The notes under the pieces: model-generated
Database searches by the model: none
Seen by the model: only the letters and a program-made list of their open reading frames with translations
Told to the model about the DNA's origin: nothing
In this document: positions 1-10,965 of the stretch, piece by piece
Layout: every line of letters begins with the position of its first letter
How positions within the stretch are numbered: the stretch's first letter is position 1
Translations under genes and position numbers: made by a program
Assembly: GCA_964016885.1 (NCBI GenBank)
Contig: CAXHJY010001517.1
Span: forward strand, 18,645 to 82,644
Direction of reading: 5' to 3'
DNA length: 64,000 bases
Origin: Eledone cirrhosa
Lineage: Eukaryota

Positions 1-680
1 ATGCAGCTGTCATCCTTCATACGCATCACATGTCCATACCAGTGCAACCGCCTCTCCTGCACACAGCATTTGATTCCTCTTATGCTCAGTCTCTCTCTCT
101 CAATTCATTTATGCTTTGTCGTTCACGTATATTACTGTTACACATCCATCGGAGCATGCAGGCTTCGTTTCTCTCTAATCTACGTAAGTCTTCCACCTTC
201 AGCGCTCAGGTCTCACTACCATGCAACATCGCTGTTCGGATACACACATCATACAGTCTGCCTTTCATTCTGAGGGAGAAGCCTTTTGCAGCTAGCAGTG
301 GTAGTAGTTCCCTAAACTTCTTCCATCCCGTTCTTACCCTAGTTATTGTACTTTCTGAACACCCACCTCTGCTGCTAATTCGGTCACCTAGGTAGCAGAA
401 GCTGTCTACTGTTTCTACAGAGCCCTCCCAGAGATTGGTGGTAATTGTTTCCTGTGGCTGTTTGCTGCTTGCTGTCCCAGCACAGCTGCTGCATGTGAAG
501 CCTACATTCTTAATTAAGCTTCCTGAGATCCCGCTACATCTCATGTGTACCCATTGTTTGCATTTGGGGCAGAGAATGGAGTTCCTACCTACACCTTTCC
601 TACATACTGAGCGAGGCCATTTCCCTGAGGGGATCTGGGTTCTGTTTTCTTGTCTACTAACAAGGACCTTAGTCTTTGTC
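1..680 (-). mobile_element. 5'-truncated RTE-clade LINE fragment (RT C-terminal half with PHD insert), continues off the left edge
   Basis: ORF 206-682 reads KTKVL...WPRSVCRKGVGRNSILCPKCKQWVHMRC...FCYLGD...RVRTGWKKFRELLPLL...MLHGSET. It is a more diverged paralog of 7067-8630. Confidence 0.9.
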
Positions 681-1302
681 ATATGCCAAAATAATAGACA
701 ATAATTTTACTATTTTACTATTTAGTTGCTATATAGTTTGGCCCTGTTTTATATCATATTTGGCATGTAGAAAAACTATTCCTGTAATGCTGGAAACAAT
801 AAACTTATCTTAACTCTCTACCACATGAAACTACATTAGCAACACATTCTTAGAAAATACAAAACAGCACTATGACTGCATCATATGAAAAATTAGTCTT
901 TACTTTAGTTGACTGCAAATATTTCCAATGATCTGTCCACTAGTAGAAATTCTGTAAACATTTGAATTATCAAACCATTTTTAGATATTTTTCTACTAAA
1001 TTATTACAGGATGTTAAGAGTTAATCCTTTTGATACACACTGGCCTGAAATTGCCTAGGTTTTATGATACTGCCCATTTTAAAGTGGTCATATTTACATT
1101 AAAAGCTTCCATCATAATTTTTTAAAAGATTTTTTTTTGTTAAATGAGTGTTCAGATAGCAGCTTACTAATGAAAATAGTTATTTCATTAAATTTCTTCA
1201 AAATTTTTATTATTTTTGAAATTATTTGAAATACTGAAATATAGTAACAAAAACGTTAATGTAAAGTTGAAGTAAAATAGAGATAAAGCAAGTTGTACTT
1301 AC

Positions 1303-1410
1303 TGTCCTTTGCCTGTTTCAATTCTTTACAGAGTGCAACAGTTTGACTTGCTGATAAATCAAAACGTAATCTCTTTTGGTTGTTTGATATTTCAACAGCT
1401 ATCTCTGATT
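1303..1410 (-). CDS. INPP5B: Internal coding exon of an INPP5B/OCRL-like inositol polyphosphate 5-phosphatase (end of the PH domain)
   Basis: Minus strand ttctacag|...GGACA|gtaagt, 108 bp, phase 1-1. Translates (E)SEIAVEISNNQKRLRFDLSASQTVALCKELKQAKD, recalling INPP5B SDVTVQLDTAELSLVFQLPFGSQTRMFLHEVARA. Identity is from memory of the family, not a search. Confidence 0.72.
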
Positions 1411-1521
1411 CTGTAGAAGCAGAAATTTCCATTTAAAAGAAAACATTTACAAATATACTGATACATATAGGACAGCTTTGACACGCATTGTTATGCTGAA
1501 TCACCCTGAGAACTACATTAA

Positions 1522-1684
1522 CCCTTTAGCATTTAAACTGGCTATATCCGACCAGAATTATCTCACCTTTTTCTGTTCAAACCGGCTGCTCATAGATTCA
1601 ATATTATGTGAGATAATTGTGTGAAGTAAAGCCGGTACTTTGAAAATATAATAGTAAATATAGAGTATTGTAAATGCTAAAGGG
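1522..1684. mobile_element. piggyBac-like MITE family A
   Basis: TIRs CCCTTTAGCATTTA/TAAATGCTAAAGGG flanked by TTAA on both sides. It interrupts a repeat whose uninterrupted paralog near 10170 has a single TTAA. Confidence 0.85.
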
Positions 1685-1882
1685 TTAAGGGTATACATGT
1701 TTGTGAAATGCTTAGCCACTTGCATGTTAATTTCACAAGCAGGCTGTTCTGTTGATCAAATTCACTGGAACAGTTGTTTGGAAGTGACAGAGGTCCAGCA
1801 TTATGCAGTCACACATAGCAGCAGATAAGATTTAATCAACAATAGCATTATACCTATAACTCAGTATCCTTTAGTAAAGTAA

Positions 1883-1928
1883 GCACTGCTGATGATGGAT
1901 GAAATCCTGAAAAATATGTATACAGTGT
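1883..1928 (+). ncRNA. Degenerate minimal hammerhead-ribozyme-like motif (Penelope-like element terminus)
   Basis: gcactg-CTGATGA-t gga tgaaa tcc t-GAAA-aatatgtaTA-cagtgt. Stem I (cactg/cagtg), the core motifs and stem II are present; stem III is imperfect. Confidence 0.4.
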
Positions 1929-2121
1929 GTTTACATGGGTACTGAGGTAGCTGTGATATAATTACAGCTTAAAATATACAGCAGACTATATGTCTGTTAA
2001 TTATACATAAACATATTGCATATGAGTCAATTTATACCTTTAACCCTTTAGTATTTACATTATTCTATATTTACTATTGTATTTTTACAGTAAAGGCTTT
2101 ATCTTACATAATTATCTCACA

Positions 2122-3231
2122 CTGGCAGAAAAACCACGCTTCAGGTCGTTTTTCTGCTAGCATGTGTAGTGTGCATATTGATATTATACGCAAATATATA
2201 TGCATGGAGATATATGTCAAATAAAATCGTAATTGACAATATCCACAGAAATTGAACGAAGTCTGTGTTACACCCTCTTCTGTAATCAGTAAAGTAATCC
2301 ATGATACATTTAAAAAAGACGATATTATATATAAACTGCATTAGGAGAAAATTAGCGACGGAAATATATGCAATGTTTTTATAAGTGTTATAATATAACA
2401 GGCGCTAACCAGAAGTGTTAACATTTGAAAATTTTAAAGAAGTGAATTTTTAAATCATAATCTATAAAGCTCAGTGTATGGTCACGTTTCTTTGTTATAG
2501 AAATCTACGATATAGAATTTCTTCAATTGGGTCATGGCACATATATATTTTTCAATTTCACCCACAATTACGCAAAAAATCGATAAAACTCAATATTTTA
2601 CGATTTTCCTCTTCCCATTACCATTCAAAATCTATACAATTTCATACTTTCTGCTACTTTCTCTTTCCAAGCTGAAACAACACGTAAAATGAAACTAAAT
2701 TATTCTTTTCATTTTACATTGTTCATGTTGATGGTGATGGTGATACTGTCCATTTTACTCTCTCATATCATCTGCTCTCCTCTATCTACAACCCACGCAT
2801 TTTGCTACTTTCTCTTTTATACTAAATTTGGTTTATTCACCGTTAGCAGCTACGCGCATCTTTTAAAAATGTGAGTTACAATGTTTTTCAATCGTTCCTT
2901 GGTCTAACTTTTAGTTGCTTCAAACTTACTGATTTATTTCCAAACGCATACAAACACACACTCACTTCAAATGATAAAAAAACATTTAAAGCAATTAAAC
3001 AACGTGCGTGATTTATAACCACACTAACTTTTAGTTGCTTCAAACTTACTGATTTATTTACAAACACATACAAACACACACTCACATAAATTGATTTAAA
3101 AAAATTTAAAGCAATTAAACAACGTGCAGGATTTATAACCACAAATACACACTTCATTAAAAAATAAACTAATAATTTCGACAATTCTTTTCTTTAAATC
3201 GTAAAATTAAAGTCTTCAAATTTATTATTAT

Positions 3232-3267
<36 letters not shown>

Positions 3268-3573
3268 GTATACAGATATTTTTGCATACACAGTAACAAC
3301 ATATAAACAAACGCATTTATTTGACAAGGCTCGATAAGGATAAATATATATCAAATATATAAGAACCCTAGAGCAAATCCCGAGCAACGCCGGGCCATTC
3401 TGCTAGTAAGCAATAAAAATATTTATATTTAATCAAGAGTTACGAAATTTAGTACATAAATTATGTAATATTCATTCATCATTTATTCAAAGTAATCCAA
3501 CCTATTTTACAAACGTGACAAAAAAATATATTCTGGACGCAGTCCCGCACTCCTTTCTTTATTATAGTTAAGA
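2122..3573 (-). mobile_element. Non-autonomous Helitron-like element (outer)
   Basis: Inserted between A and T of the MITE with no TSD. The minus strand begins TC (TCTTAACTATAATAAAG) and ends CCAG, one mismatch from CTAG. Confidence 0.65.
2455..3406 (+). mobile_element. Non-autonomous Helitron (inner, nested), with an internal ~120-bp tandem duplication at about 2904-3142
   Basis: 3' hairpin CCCGAGCAACGCCGGG followed by ...CTAG|T at 3406. The putative 5' A|TC start at 2455 is less certain. Confidence 0.7.
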
Positions 3574-4110
3574 TAGTATCGAATCTACAAGATTTTGATA
3601 TTATTTATTTTGAGAACAATACCTTACCATCAGTATGAGTGGCCAGTTACAGCCAGTTTGAACAGAAAGAGGTGAGAGAATTTTGACCGGATATGACCAG
3701 TTTAAATGCTAAAGGGTTAAGACTTAGTATTATTACACAGACAAGTAATCTTGAAGTTTAGCATGTGGCATTTGAGATGTTTGGAGGACTGCTGACAATG
3801 AGTTTCTTGTTATTGTTGGTGACTCGCCTTACTGATGTATCAAGCAATGCCAGTGGTTATTCCAGCATCTTAACCTTACTATCACTCATCGCAATACTTG
3901 CGAGGGTGTTGACTTGCTTCAACAATTATTAGAAGGAAACTCCAGCATCCCTCGTGGCATGCGATTGATTCTGCATGTCTTATCCAGTTTTTTTTATATA
4001 AATTTTTTATATGAATTGTGTATATCTCTAGTTAATGGCGTTGAAAACAGAGTAAATAGAATACATACTTTATAAATTCTTTTTATTTTATTTGTTCATA
4101 ACAATCTTAC

Positions 4111-4211
4111 CTTGCTTGTAAGAGAATTCCTTGTCGATTGGTATGGTTTCCATAACACTTAGCTGGCTTATCTCACTACATGGTACTTGAGTGGTAGAAA
4201 ATATTAATACA
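4111..4211 (-). CDS. INPP5B: Internal coding exon of the INPP5B/OCRL-like gene (PH domain)
   Basis: ttttttag|...CAAG|gtaaga, 101 bp, phase 2-1. Translates (A)VLIFSTTQVPCSEISQLSVMETIPIDKEFSYKQ, recalling INPP5B ALFLYTHRRMAITGDDVSLDQIVPVSRDF. Phases match both neighbouring exons. Confidence 0.75.
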
Positions 4212-5079
4212 CTAAAAAATAAAAGTGAAAAGTTCACCTTTAAAAATAGTATATTTTCAGTGGATTGGCCAAGTTGACATCAGCATTATTTGAAATCAAA
4301 ACATAAAGTCTAAAATCTGTCTTAAGCCAGAAGGCTCATTAGGCTGGTGCTTAACCTGGTTTCATGGCGTGAAGCGACTGAGAGTACAAGACTCCTCCCC
4401 TGGACAGGGCACCAGTCCATCGAAGAGTGTAGTTAACCCTTAAGGTGTGAGGTGCGGCCAATTATCACAATTGGTGGTGAATTCCTCCATCCCCACCCTA
4501 TTTTTTTCTTTCCTTTATCATTATTGTTCAATGAATTATGTTGTTATATTTTTATACATGGTTTATACATTATATTTGTAATGTCCTTCTGAACAAATTG
4601 CGAGCAATTTATAATGTTATTTACACAACTGTAATGTTGCTTATGTATATATTTAAAACATATTTGCACTGTTATTCTACTCTAACTTGACACAGTTTAG
4701 ACATATTTGTAATCAATTTGCAAGCAATTCATAATGTTATTCATGCATTTGTAATGTTATTTATGTATAAATTTAAAACATATTTGCAATGTACTGTAAA
4801 TTTATACAATTGTAAATAAAAATATTCAGTCGAAAAAAAAAAGAAAGAAAAGAGATAAACTAAATATGAGACAATAAAATAAAATTAAAAAAATCCATCA
4901 GCACATCTGTTCCCTTATTTGTACAATTTTTTTAATAGCAAAAAAAATGAATAATGTGAATGGAGATATAGAAAGTTGTATTTCTATGAAAAGGAAAATT
5001 TACTGTCTGGGTTTACAGTCAGGTTTTTCTAAGAATTTTCTTGCCACAATCAAAGCATTAATTTCACAACTCAGCTATT

Positions 5080-5290
5080 GTTGTTGTTGTTGTTGTTTAG
5101 CCCCAGATCAGGTCTGATAGTTTATATCTGTGACTAAAGGTATTCCAGCTGTGATCATCCCATGTATATATTTTTTTTAGGACAGTGTATTTAGGACAAC
5201 ATTATCTAATGTGCCCTCTTTTTAAGAGAGAAATTCGGATGATATTTCTAGCAACTTAAGCGACTATGTAGAGGTTCCTTTGTAATATGG
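5080..5290 (-). mobile_element. Dispersed SINE-like repeat with (AAC)n tail; related copies near 6590-6980, 11230-11445, 39595-39780, 41975-42175, 45955-46140
   Basis: Recurring gttgttgtttagccc...attccagc(t/c)gtga...ttagctgctatttctagca motif blocks. Confidence 0.5.
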
Positions 5291-6629
5291 TATTTCTATG
5301 AAATGCTGCTATCATTCTAAATTGAGTATTTGAAACTTCAAGAAATTAGAAACCTACTTGAATTCATTCTTTCTGAGTATATAGAAAACCAAGCAATCAA
5401 CAAGAGAGAAAAACACTAATTATACAGCTTGCATTATAAGTTACCAGTAAACAGTAATTTACTGAAATCATCAATATACCTCCCCTCCCTCTCTTACAGA
5501 CACAAACATCTATTCATGTGATTGACACAGTCAACTATGGCAGACATTGGTAAATACCTGTTAACTAATACACACATTATGTACACATACAATCATACAG
5601 TTTTCTCAATTAGAGCAAGTAGCAATCTACTCTAATTGAGAAGACAGAATCTACAACAACCCCAACACCAACACACAATGGTTTCCGAGATAATCTTCAC
5701 TATAGGGATTTTCAAACATTCTCGTTAACCCTTTTGCTACCACATTTCTAATGAGACGCACTGCCTAAGATTTTCAAATAATTTGGAAAATAATCAAGAA
5801 TTTGAAAGGATATAATAAGGGAAGTAATATAATAAAAAGGACTCTTCCTAAATGTCAACAAAACCAAACATGATCATCAACTCAGATCAAGCAACAAACA
5901 TCAAATCATTAAGCAATATTGTTCTCGAAAAAGTAGACGGTTTCAAATACCTTAGTGTATATACCAACTCATCAAATGTTATAAACAACAGGATAGCACA
6001 AGCATGGTTTGCTGTGAACTTGTTAGAGTGAAAATCCAACATAACCACAAATCAAGCATGTAAACCAAATTGACTTTATGCTCATCAGAAAATGGGATAG
6101 ATAGACAGATGGCTATGAACACAGATATTTCCTTCAGAAGAATGTACCACCCAACACCCAGTAGCTAAAAGAGAAAATCCATCTATGGAAAAATCTGTAA
6201 CATATTTTAAAAACAAAAACAAAAAAAAAAACGGTTTATATCAGGAAGGGCATCCAATCCAAGAATATTGCCTAAAACAGTCTTGTTTAACTAATGCCAA
6301 CATGGAAATGTGAACATAAAAATGATGATGAAGTGCTTCCAAGTAAATGGCTTCTATTGGAAGCAAGATTAGTTTTGCTTGAAAGAATAAATATATTAAT
6401 TGAACAAAAATATTCTAATCAATAACCAGTGCTACGATCTTTTATTGATTACACACACTCAGGAATGACTATAGCAACCAGCAAACTACTAGACAACAAC
6501 GCATTATTTACAGAGAACAAGTGAAGTAGATCTAAAGAAACAGACAGTTACAATAATAACTTCTACTGCTAATGGCCTAACTTCTGAATTTACTTGTTGG
6601 CTTTGTTGTTTAACTTCAGTTCAGTTCCT

Positions 6630-6820
6630 CTTTGACAGATCTGTTGGTATTGTTGTTTAGCCACAGTTCAACAGATCTGTTGGTATAGTTGCTTAAACTC
6701 AGTTCAGCAGATCTGTTGGTATAGTTGTTTAGTCCCAGTCCAGCAGATCTGTTAGTATAATTGTTTAACCTCAGTTTAGCAGACCTGTTGGTATTGTTAT
6801 TTAACCTCAGTTCAACAGAC
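6630..6820. repeat. ~36-bp minisatellite, ~5 copies
   Basis: cagatctgttggta(t/a)(t/a)gttgttta...cagtt recurs at ~36-bp spacing. Confidence 0.8.
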
Positions 6821-7066
6821 CTATGACTATCTCATCTTTTTTTTCAAAGTGTATCTATGACCATATTATTATCCAATATGTATCTTTACTATTTTCTAAG
6901 ATATCAGAGATTTGAGAACAATTTAGCTGCTATTTCTAACACATTGAGTACATGTATAGGGGTTTCTTTTTAGCTTGCCTGGATCTAGTTAATTTCTTTA
7001 GTATCATAATTTCACAAGAATGGATTTTAAGTTATAAAGAACATAATTAAGTTATAATATATTTAA

Positions 7067-8630
7067 CTGGTGGGCTCTTAGAAAACTAGGTGTTGATGAA
7101 TGGCTTGTGAGAGCTATACAAGCCATGTATAAAGAAACAGTCAGCAAGGTTAGAATTAACAACGAATATAGTGAAGAGTTTAGCGTAAAAGTTGGTGTTC
7201 ATCAGGGCTCTGTTCTTAGCCCCCTACTATTTATTATTGCCCTTTAGGCTATAACAGTGGAGTTCAAGACCGGCTGCCCATGGGAACTCCTATACGCAGA
7301 TGATCTAACGCTCATAGCTGAATCAATGGCCAAACTAGAGAAGAAATTCCAAACATGGAAGCATGGCCTAGAATCAAAAGGCCTTAAAATTAACCTATCT
7401 AAGACTAAAGTTCTAGTTTGTAGGAAGGAAAATAGGGCACCGGTCCCATCCAGGAAATGGCCATGCTCAGTGTGTAGGAAAGGAGTAGGTAGAAACTCCA
7501 TTTTATGTCCCAAATGCAAAGTATGGGTGCATAAAAGATGTAGTGGGATCACAGGTAAGCTAACTAAGAACATAGATTTTATATGTGGCCAGTGCTCTGG
7601 TGCAATAAGTAGCAGCAAGTGCCCACAGAATACTAGCTCATTCCATTGCACAGATGGTTCTATAGAAATAGTGGACACCTTCCGTTACTTGGGTGACAAA
7701 ATCAGCAGTGGGGGAGGGTGCTCTGAAAGTACAGTAGCTAGAGTCAGAACTGGATGGAAAAAGTTCAGAGAGCTAATACCACTATTAGCCGCTAAAGGGT
7801 TCTCTCTAAAAATGAAAGGCAGGCTGTATGATGCCTGCATACGAACAGCAATGTTACATGGCAGTGAGACCTGGGCATTGTGTGCAGACGATATATGCAG
7901 ACTGGAGAGGAACGAAGCTTGCATGCTCCGCTGGATGTGTAATAGTAATATACGTGAACGGCAAAGCATAAACGAACTAAGGGAAAAATTAGAAATAAGA
8001 GGGATCAGATGTTGTTTACTCGAGAGAAGACTACGTTGGTACGGTCACGTGAAAGACGACAGCTGTATAAAAAAGTGCAGGGCAATAAAAATAGACGGTA
8101 GTCACAGAGTAGGCAGACCCAGAAAAAGCTGGGACGACTTGATAAATTCCGACCTCACACACTTACACCTCTCCAAGACAATGTCACTGGACCGAGATCT
8201 TTGGCGCTACACAGTAATACAGAAGACCCACCTTACCTAAGTACAAAGTGAAACCTACTAGTCAGTAGGCACCTCTAACAAAATACACCTCCGTCCCACT
8301 ACCCCCACCCTATCCACACCACCCCTTTCAATGTAAAGTTATGTTGGTACCACAACATCCAGTCCGAAACAAATGAGGTCGTGTAGGTGTCACGACAAAA
8401 AAAACACACAGTCCACGCTGTAATGTGGCCGTGTAGGTAACACAGTAAAAACCTCCCAGTCCACACTGTAAACGTGGTTGGTGTTAGGAAGGACATCCAG
8501 CCGTAGAAAACCCGCCAGACAGTCCTATGCGAGCAAGACAACCACTCTTGCCTCAAGTGGGAAAACTCCCGTCCAAACCCATGCAAGCGTGGAAGATGGA
8601 CGTTAAACGATGATGATGATGATGATGATT
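7067..8630 (+). mobile_element. 5'-truncated RTE-clade LINE with PHD finger inside RT, 3' UTR and (TGA)n tail
   Basis: WWALRKLG...GVHQGSVLSPLLF...ELLYADDL...KTKVL-[PHD]-FRYLGD...MLHGSETW...RLRWYGHV...GRPRKSW. The 3' UTR ends ggacgttaaacgatgatgatga. Confidence 0.95.
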
Positions 8631-8764
8631 AACTATTATTATATATTATATTCAGACAGTTGGATATCAAAAAGGTAAAATTTGAACTAAAAAATATGAA
8701 GCTTCCTTCTTTAGTTGAGAGAAGCAATTAGGTTAAAGAGTTCACAATCTGCAGAATTCATTAA

Positions 8765-9464
8765 CCCTTTTGATACCAACTGCCCAAAACTGCCTCTAGT
8801 TCTATGAAATAAAATCCCCCCTTTTAAAGGGTTCTTATCTAAATTAAAATTGCCCAACATAATTTGATGTAAGAATTATTTATTAAGTTATATTATAAAT
8901 ATCATGTTAACAATGAAATAATAATTTTAGTAAATTTCTACAAATAATTAATTAATTGAACTACATTGTATCAAAGGTGGGGGTGTCTCCGATCAAGAAA
9001 ACTACAAAAATGAGGCTATTCAAAGCAATGGTTGAGTCCATTGTCTTCTACAGATGTGAGTCATGGACACTGACAAAAACATTCACAAAGAAGATTAATT
9101 GCACATTCATCAGGATGCTGAGAAAGGTCCAGAACATATTCTGGAGAACACACATACAAAAGAAATCGCTCTGACATCATAAGGCATAGGAGGTTCACAG
9201 TAACCGGACATGTGAAACGTTACAATGAACCTGCTAGCAGAGTTCTTTTCTGGAAACCTGATGCATGCAGACTAGTTGGGAAACCAACCACTATACTGAA
9301 GGATGTTCTTGAAGATGACACCGGATTGGAGGCAGGGGAAATTCAGACGGCAATGTTAGACAGGGTGAGCTGAAGGAGGAACATCATCATGGCATCAACA
9401 TCACCAGTAATGGATGTATAGAAGAAGAACATTGTATCTTATTAGAAATATGGTAATGAAAGTG
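8765..9464. mobile_element. piggyBac-like MITE family B, interrupted by an RTE fragment; many other copies (about 1021, 5726, 13590-13770, 20030-20800, 22820-23062, 23540-24096, 29025-29420, 30485, 35182, 35490-36143, 38434-38644, 48515-48864)
   Basis: TTAA-CCCTTTTGATACC at one end and ATTAGAAATATGGTAATGAAA(G/A)GG-TTAA-like sequence at the other, recurring through the window. Confidence 0.75.
8973..9428 (+). mobile_element. 3' fragment of a second RTE-type LINE family with a 10-bp TSD
   Basis: KMRLFKAMVESIVFYRCESWTLTK...RMLR, a (GAA)n tail, and TSD acattgtatc at 8963-8972 and 9429-9438. Confidence 0.8.
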
Positions 9465-10269
9465 TTAATGATTAATCAACTCTGTTGACTAATGACAGTC
9501 ATTTGTCTTCTGGCTATACTCACAGGTAGAACTAAACTCAGTACTGTAAGCTAACAAGTCACTTCCCAATTTTACATCATTGTTACTGCTGTAACCAGAA
9601 AGTTGCTCGTACCTCTACAGTAGCTACTTAAAATTATGTGGAGTGGGTTATTTGAGATCCAAGTATTTTAACCAAGAACAAAAACAAAACCTATTGTTCT
9701 GACAACAGGATATTAGTGACCTCTTGACAAGTTGTCCGTTACTCCACTGACTCTACAATCTACACTCTTAATCTATGGCTTACTGCATAAAATACTACAA
9801 ACAATGTAGTCAGGCAGTCTACTGTCTACATAAAAACATGGATGCAGGTGTGGCTGAGAGATTAAGATGTTAGTTTCGCAATTATGAGGCTCCAGGTATG
9901 ATCCTACTACGTAACATCTTGGGCATCTTTACCATAGTCTTAGGCGGACACAAGCCTTGTGAGAGAAATTAGGTAGATAGTAACTGTATGGAAATCTGTT
10001 GGCTGGACTGTGCCTAGAATTCAAAGATCTAGTCTTGTTACATATTTTTTCATGCTGATACTACTGATACATGTATAAGGGGAACACTCAACCATTTACA
10101 CTATAATATGAGATATGTAATTCAAAGGTCCAGCCTTGTTACACAAAGTGTCATGCTGCATCAGCATGAGAATTATGTTAAGGGTACACGTGTCTGTGAA
10201 ATGCACAACAACTTAAATGTTAATTCAAGAATTAGATGTTCAGTTGATTGAACTACTGAATATTCAATA

Positions 10270-10965
10270 GTGTAAGACAGTAGTGCTGGTGCTACAATAA
10301 AATGTTCCTAGTCCACATTGTATAATGATAGTGCTGGTGCCATGATAAAAAGCAATCAGTATGCATCATAAGGGAGTAGTGCTTGTGCCAAGATGAAAAG
10401 ATCCCAGTCCACCCTGTAAGGCAGTAGTGTGGTTTCCACAATTAAATGCATCCAGTCTGTACTGTAAGGCAGTAGTTCTGGTGCAATGATAAAAAAGCAC
10501 CCAGTCTGTAGTGTAAGGCAGTAGTGCAGGAGGTGCCAAGATAAAAAGCTCCCAGTATGCACTGTAATGTGGTTGTATTGGTGTCATGATAAAAAAAAAC
10601 CAATCCGCACTGTAAGGCAGTAATGCTGGTGCCATTATAAAAAGCACCCAAATCTGCACTGTAAGGCGGTAATGTTGGTGCCATTATAAAAGTACAGAGT
10701 TTGCACCTAGTCTGCACTGTAAGATGGCAATACTAGTGCTATGATAAAAAGCACCCAGTCTGCTCTATAAGGTAGTAGTGCTGGTGTCACAATAAAAAGC
10801 ACAAGTACATGATAAAATGCTACCAGTACATGCTGAAATGTGGTTGACATTAAGAAAGGAAACCAAGCCAAAAATGGAGAGCATGGCCACCTGACTTGTT
10901 TGGCCTTAGATAACCCATGTAATCCATCCAAGCACAGAAAATAGACAAAAGGTGATGATGATGAG
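10270..10965 (+). repeat. ~49-bp tandem repeat (about 10 copies) derived from the RTE 3' UTR, followed by the RTE-type tail
   Basis: Unit ataaaaagcacccagtctgcactgtaaggcagtagtgctggtgccatg resembles aaaaacctcccagtccacactgtaaa at 8447-8471. The block ends in gatgatgatga. Confidence 0.75.

Larger units (their letters stand above)
2044..3716. mobile_element. piggyBac-like MITE family A, split by a Helitron insertion
   Basis: TTAA-CCCTTTAG at 2040-2051 and GCTAAAGGG-TTAA at 3708-3720. The two halves join to match the intact copy at 21707-21927. Confidence 0.85.

Noticed and set aside
7244-7969. Antisense ORFs over the RTE copies (also 30-704 and 50092-50853)
   Set aside because: Shadow frames of the RT coding strand, recurring only because the element is repeated.
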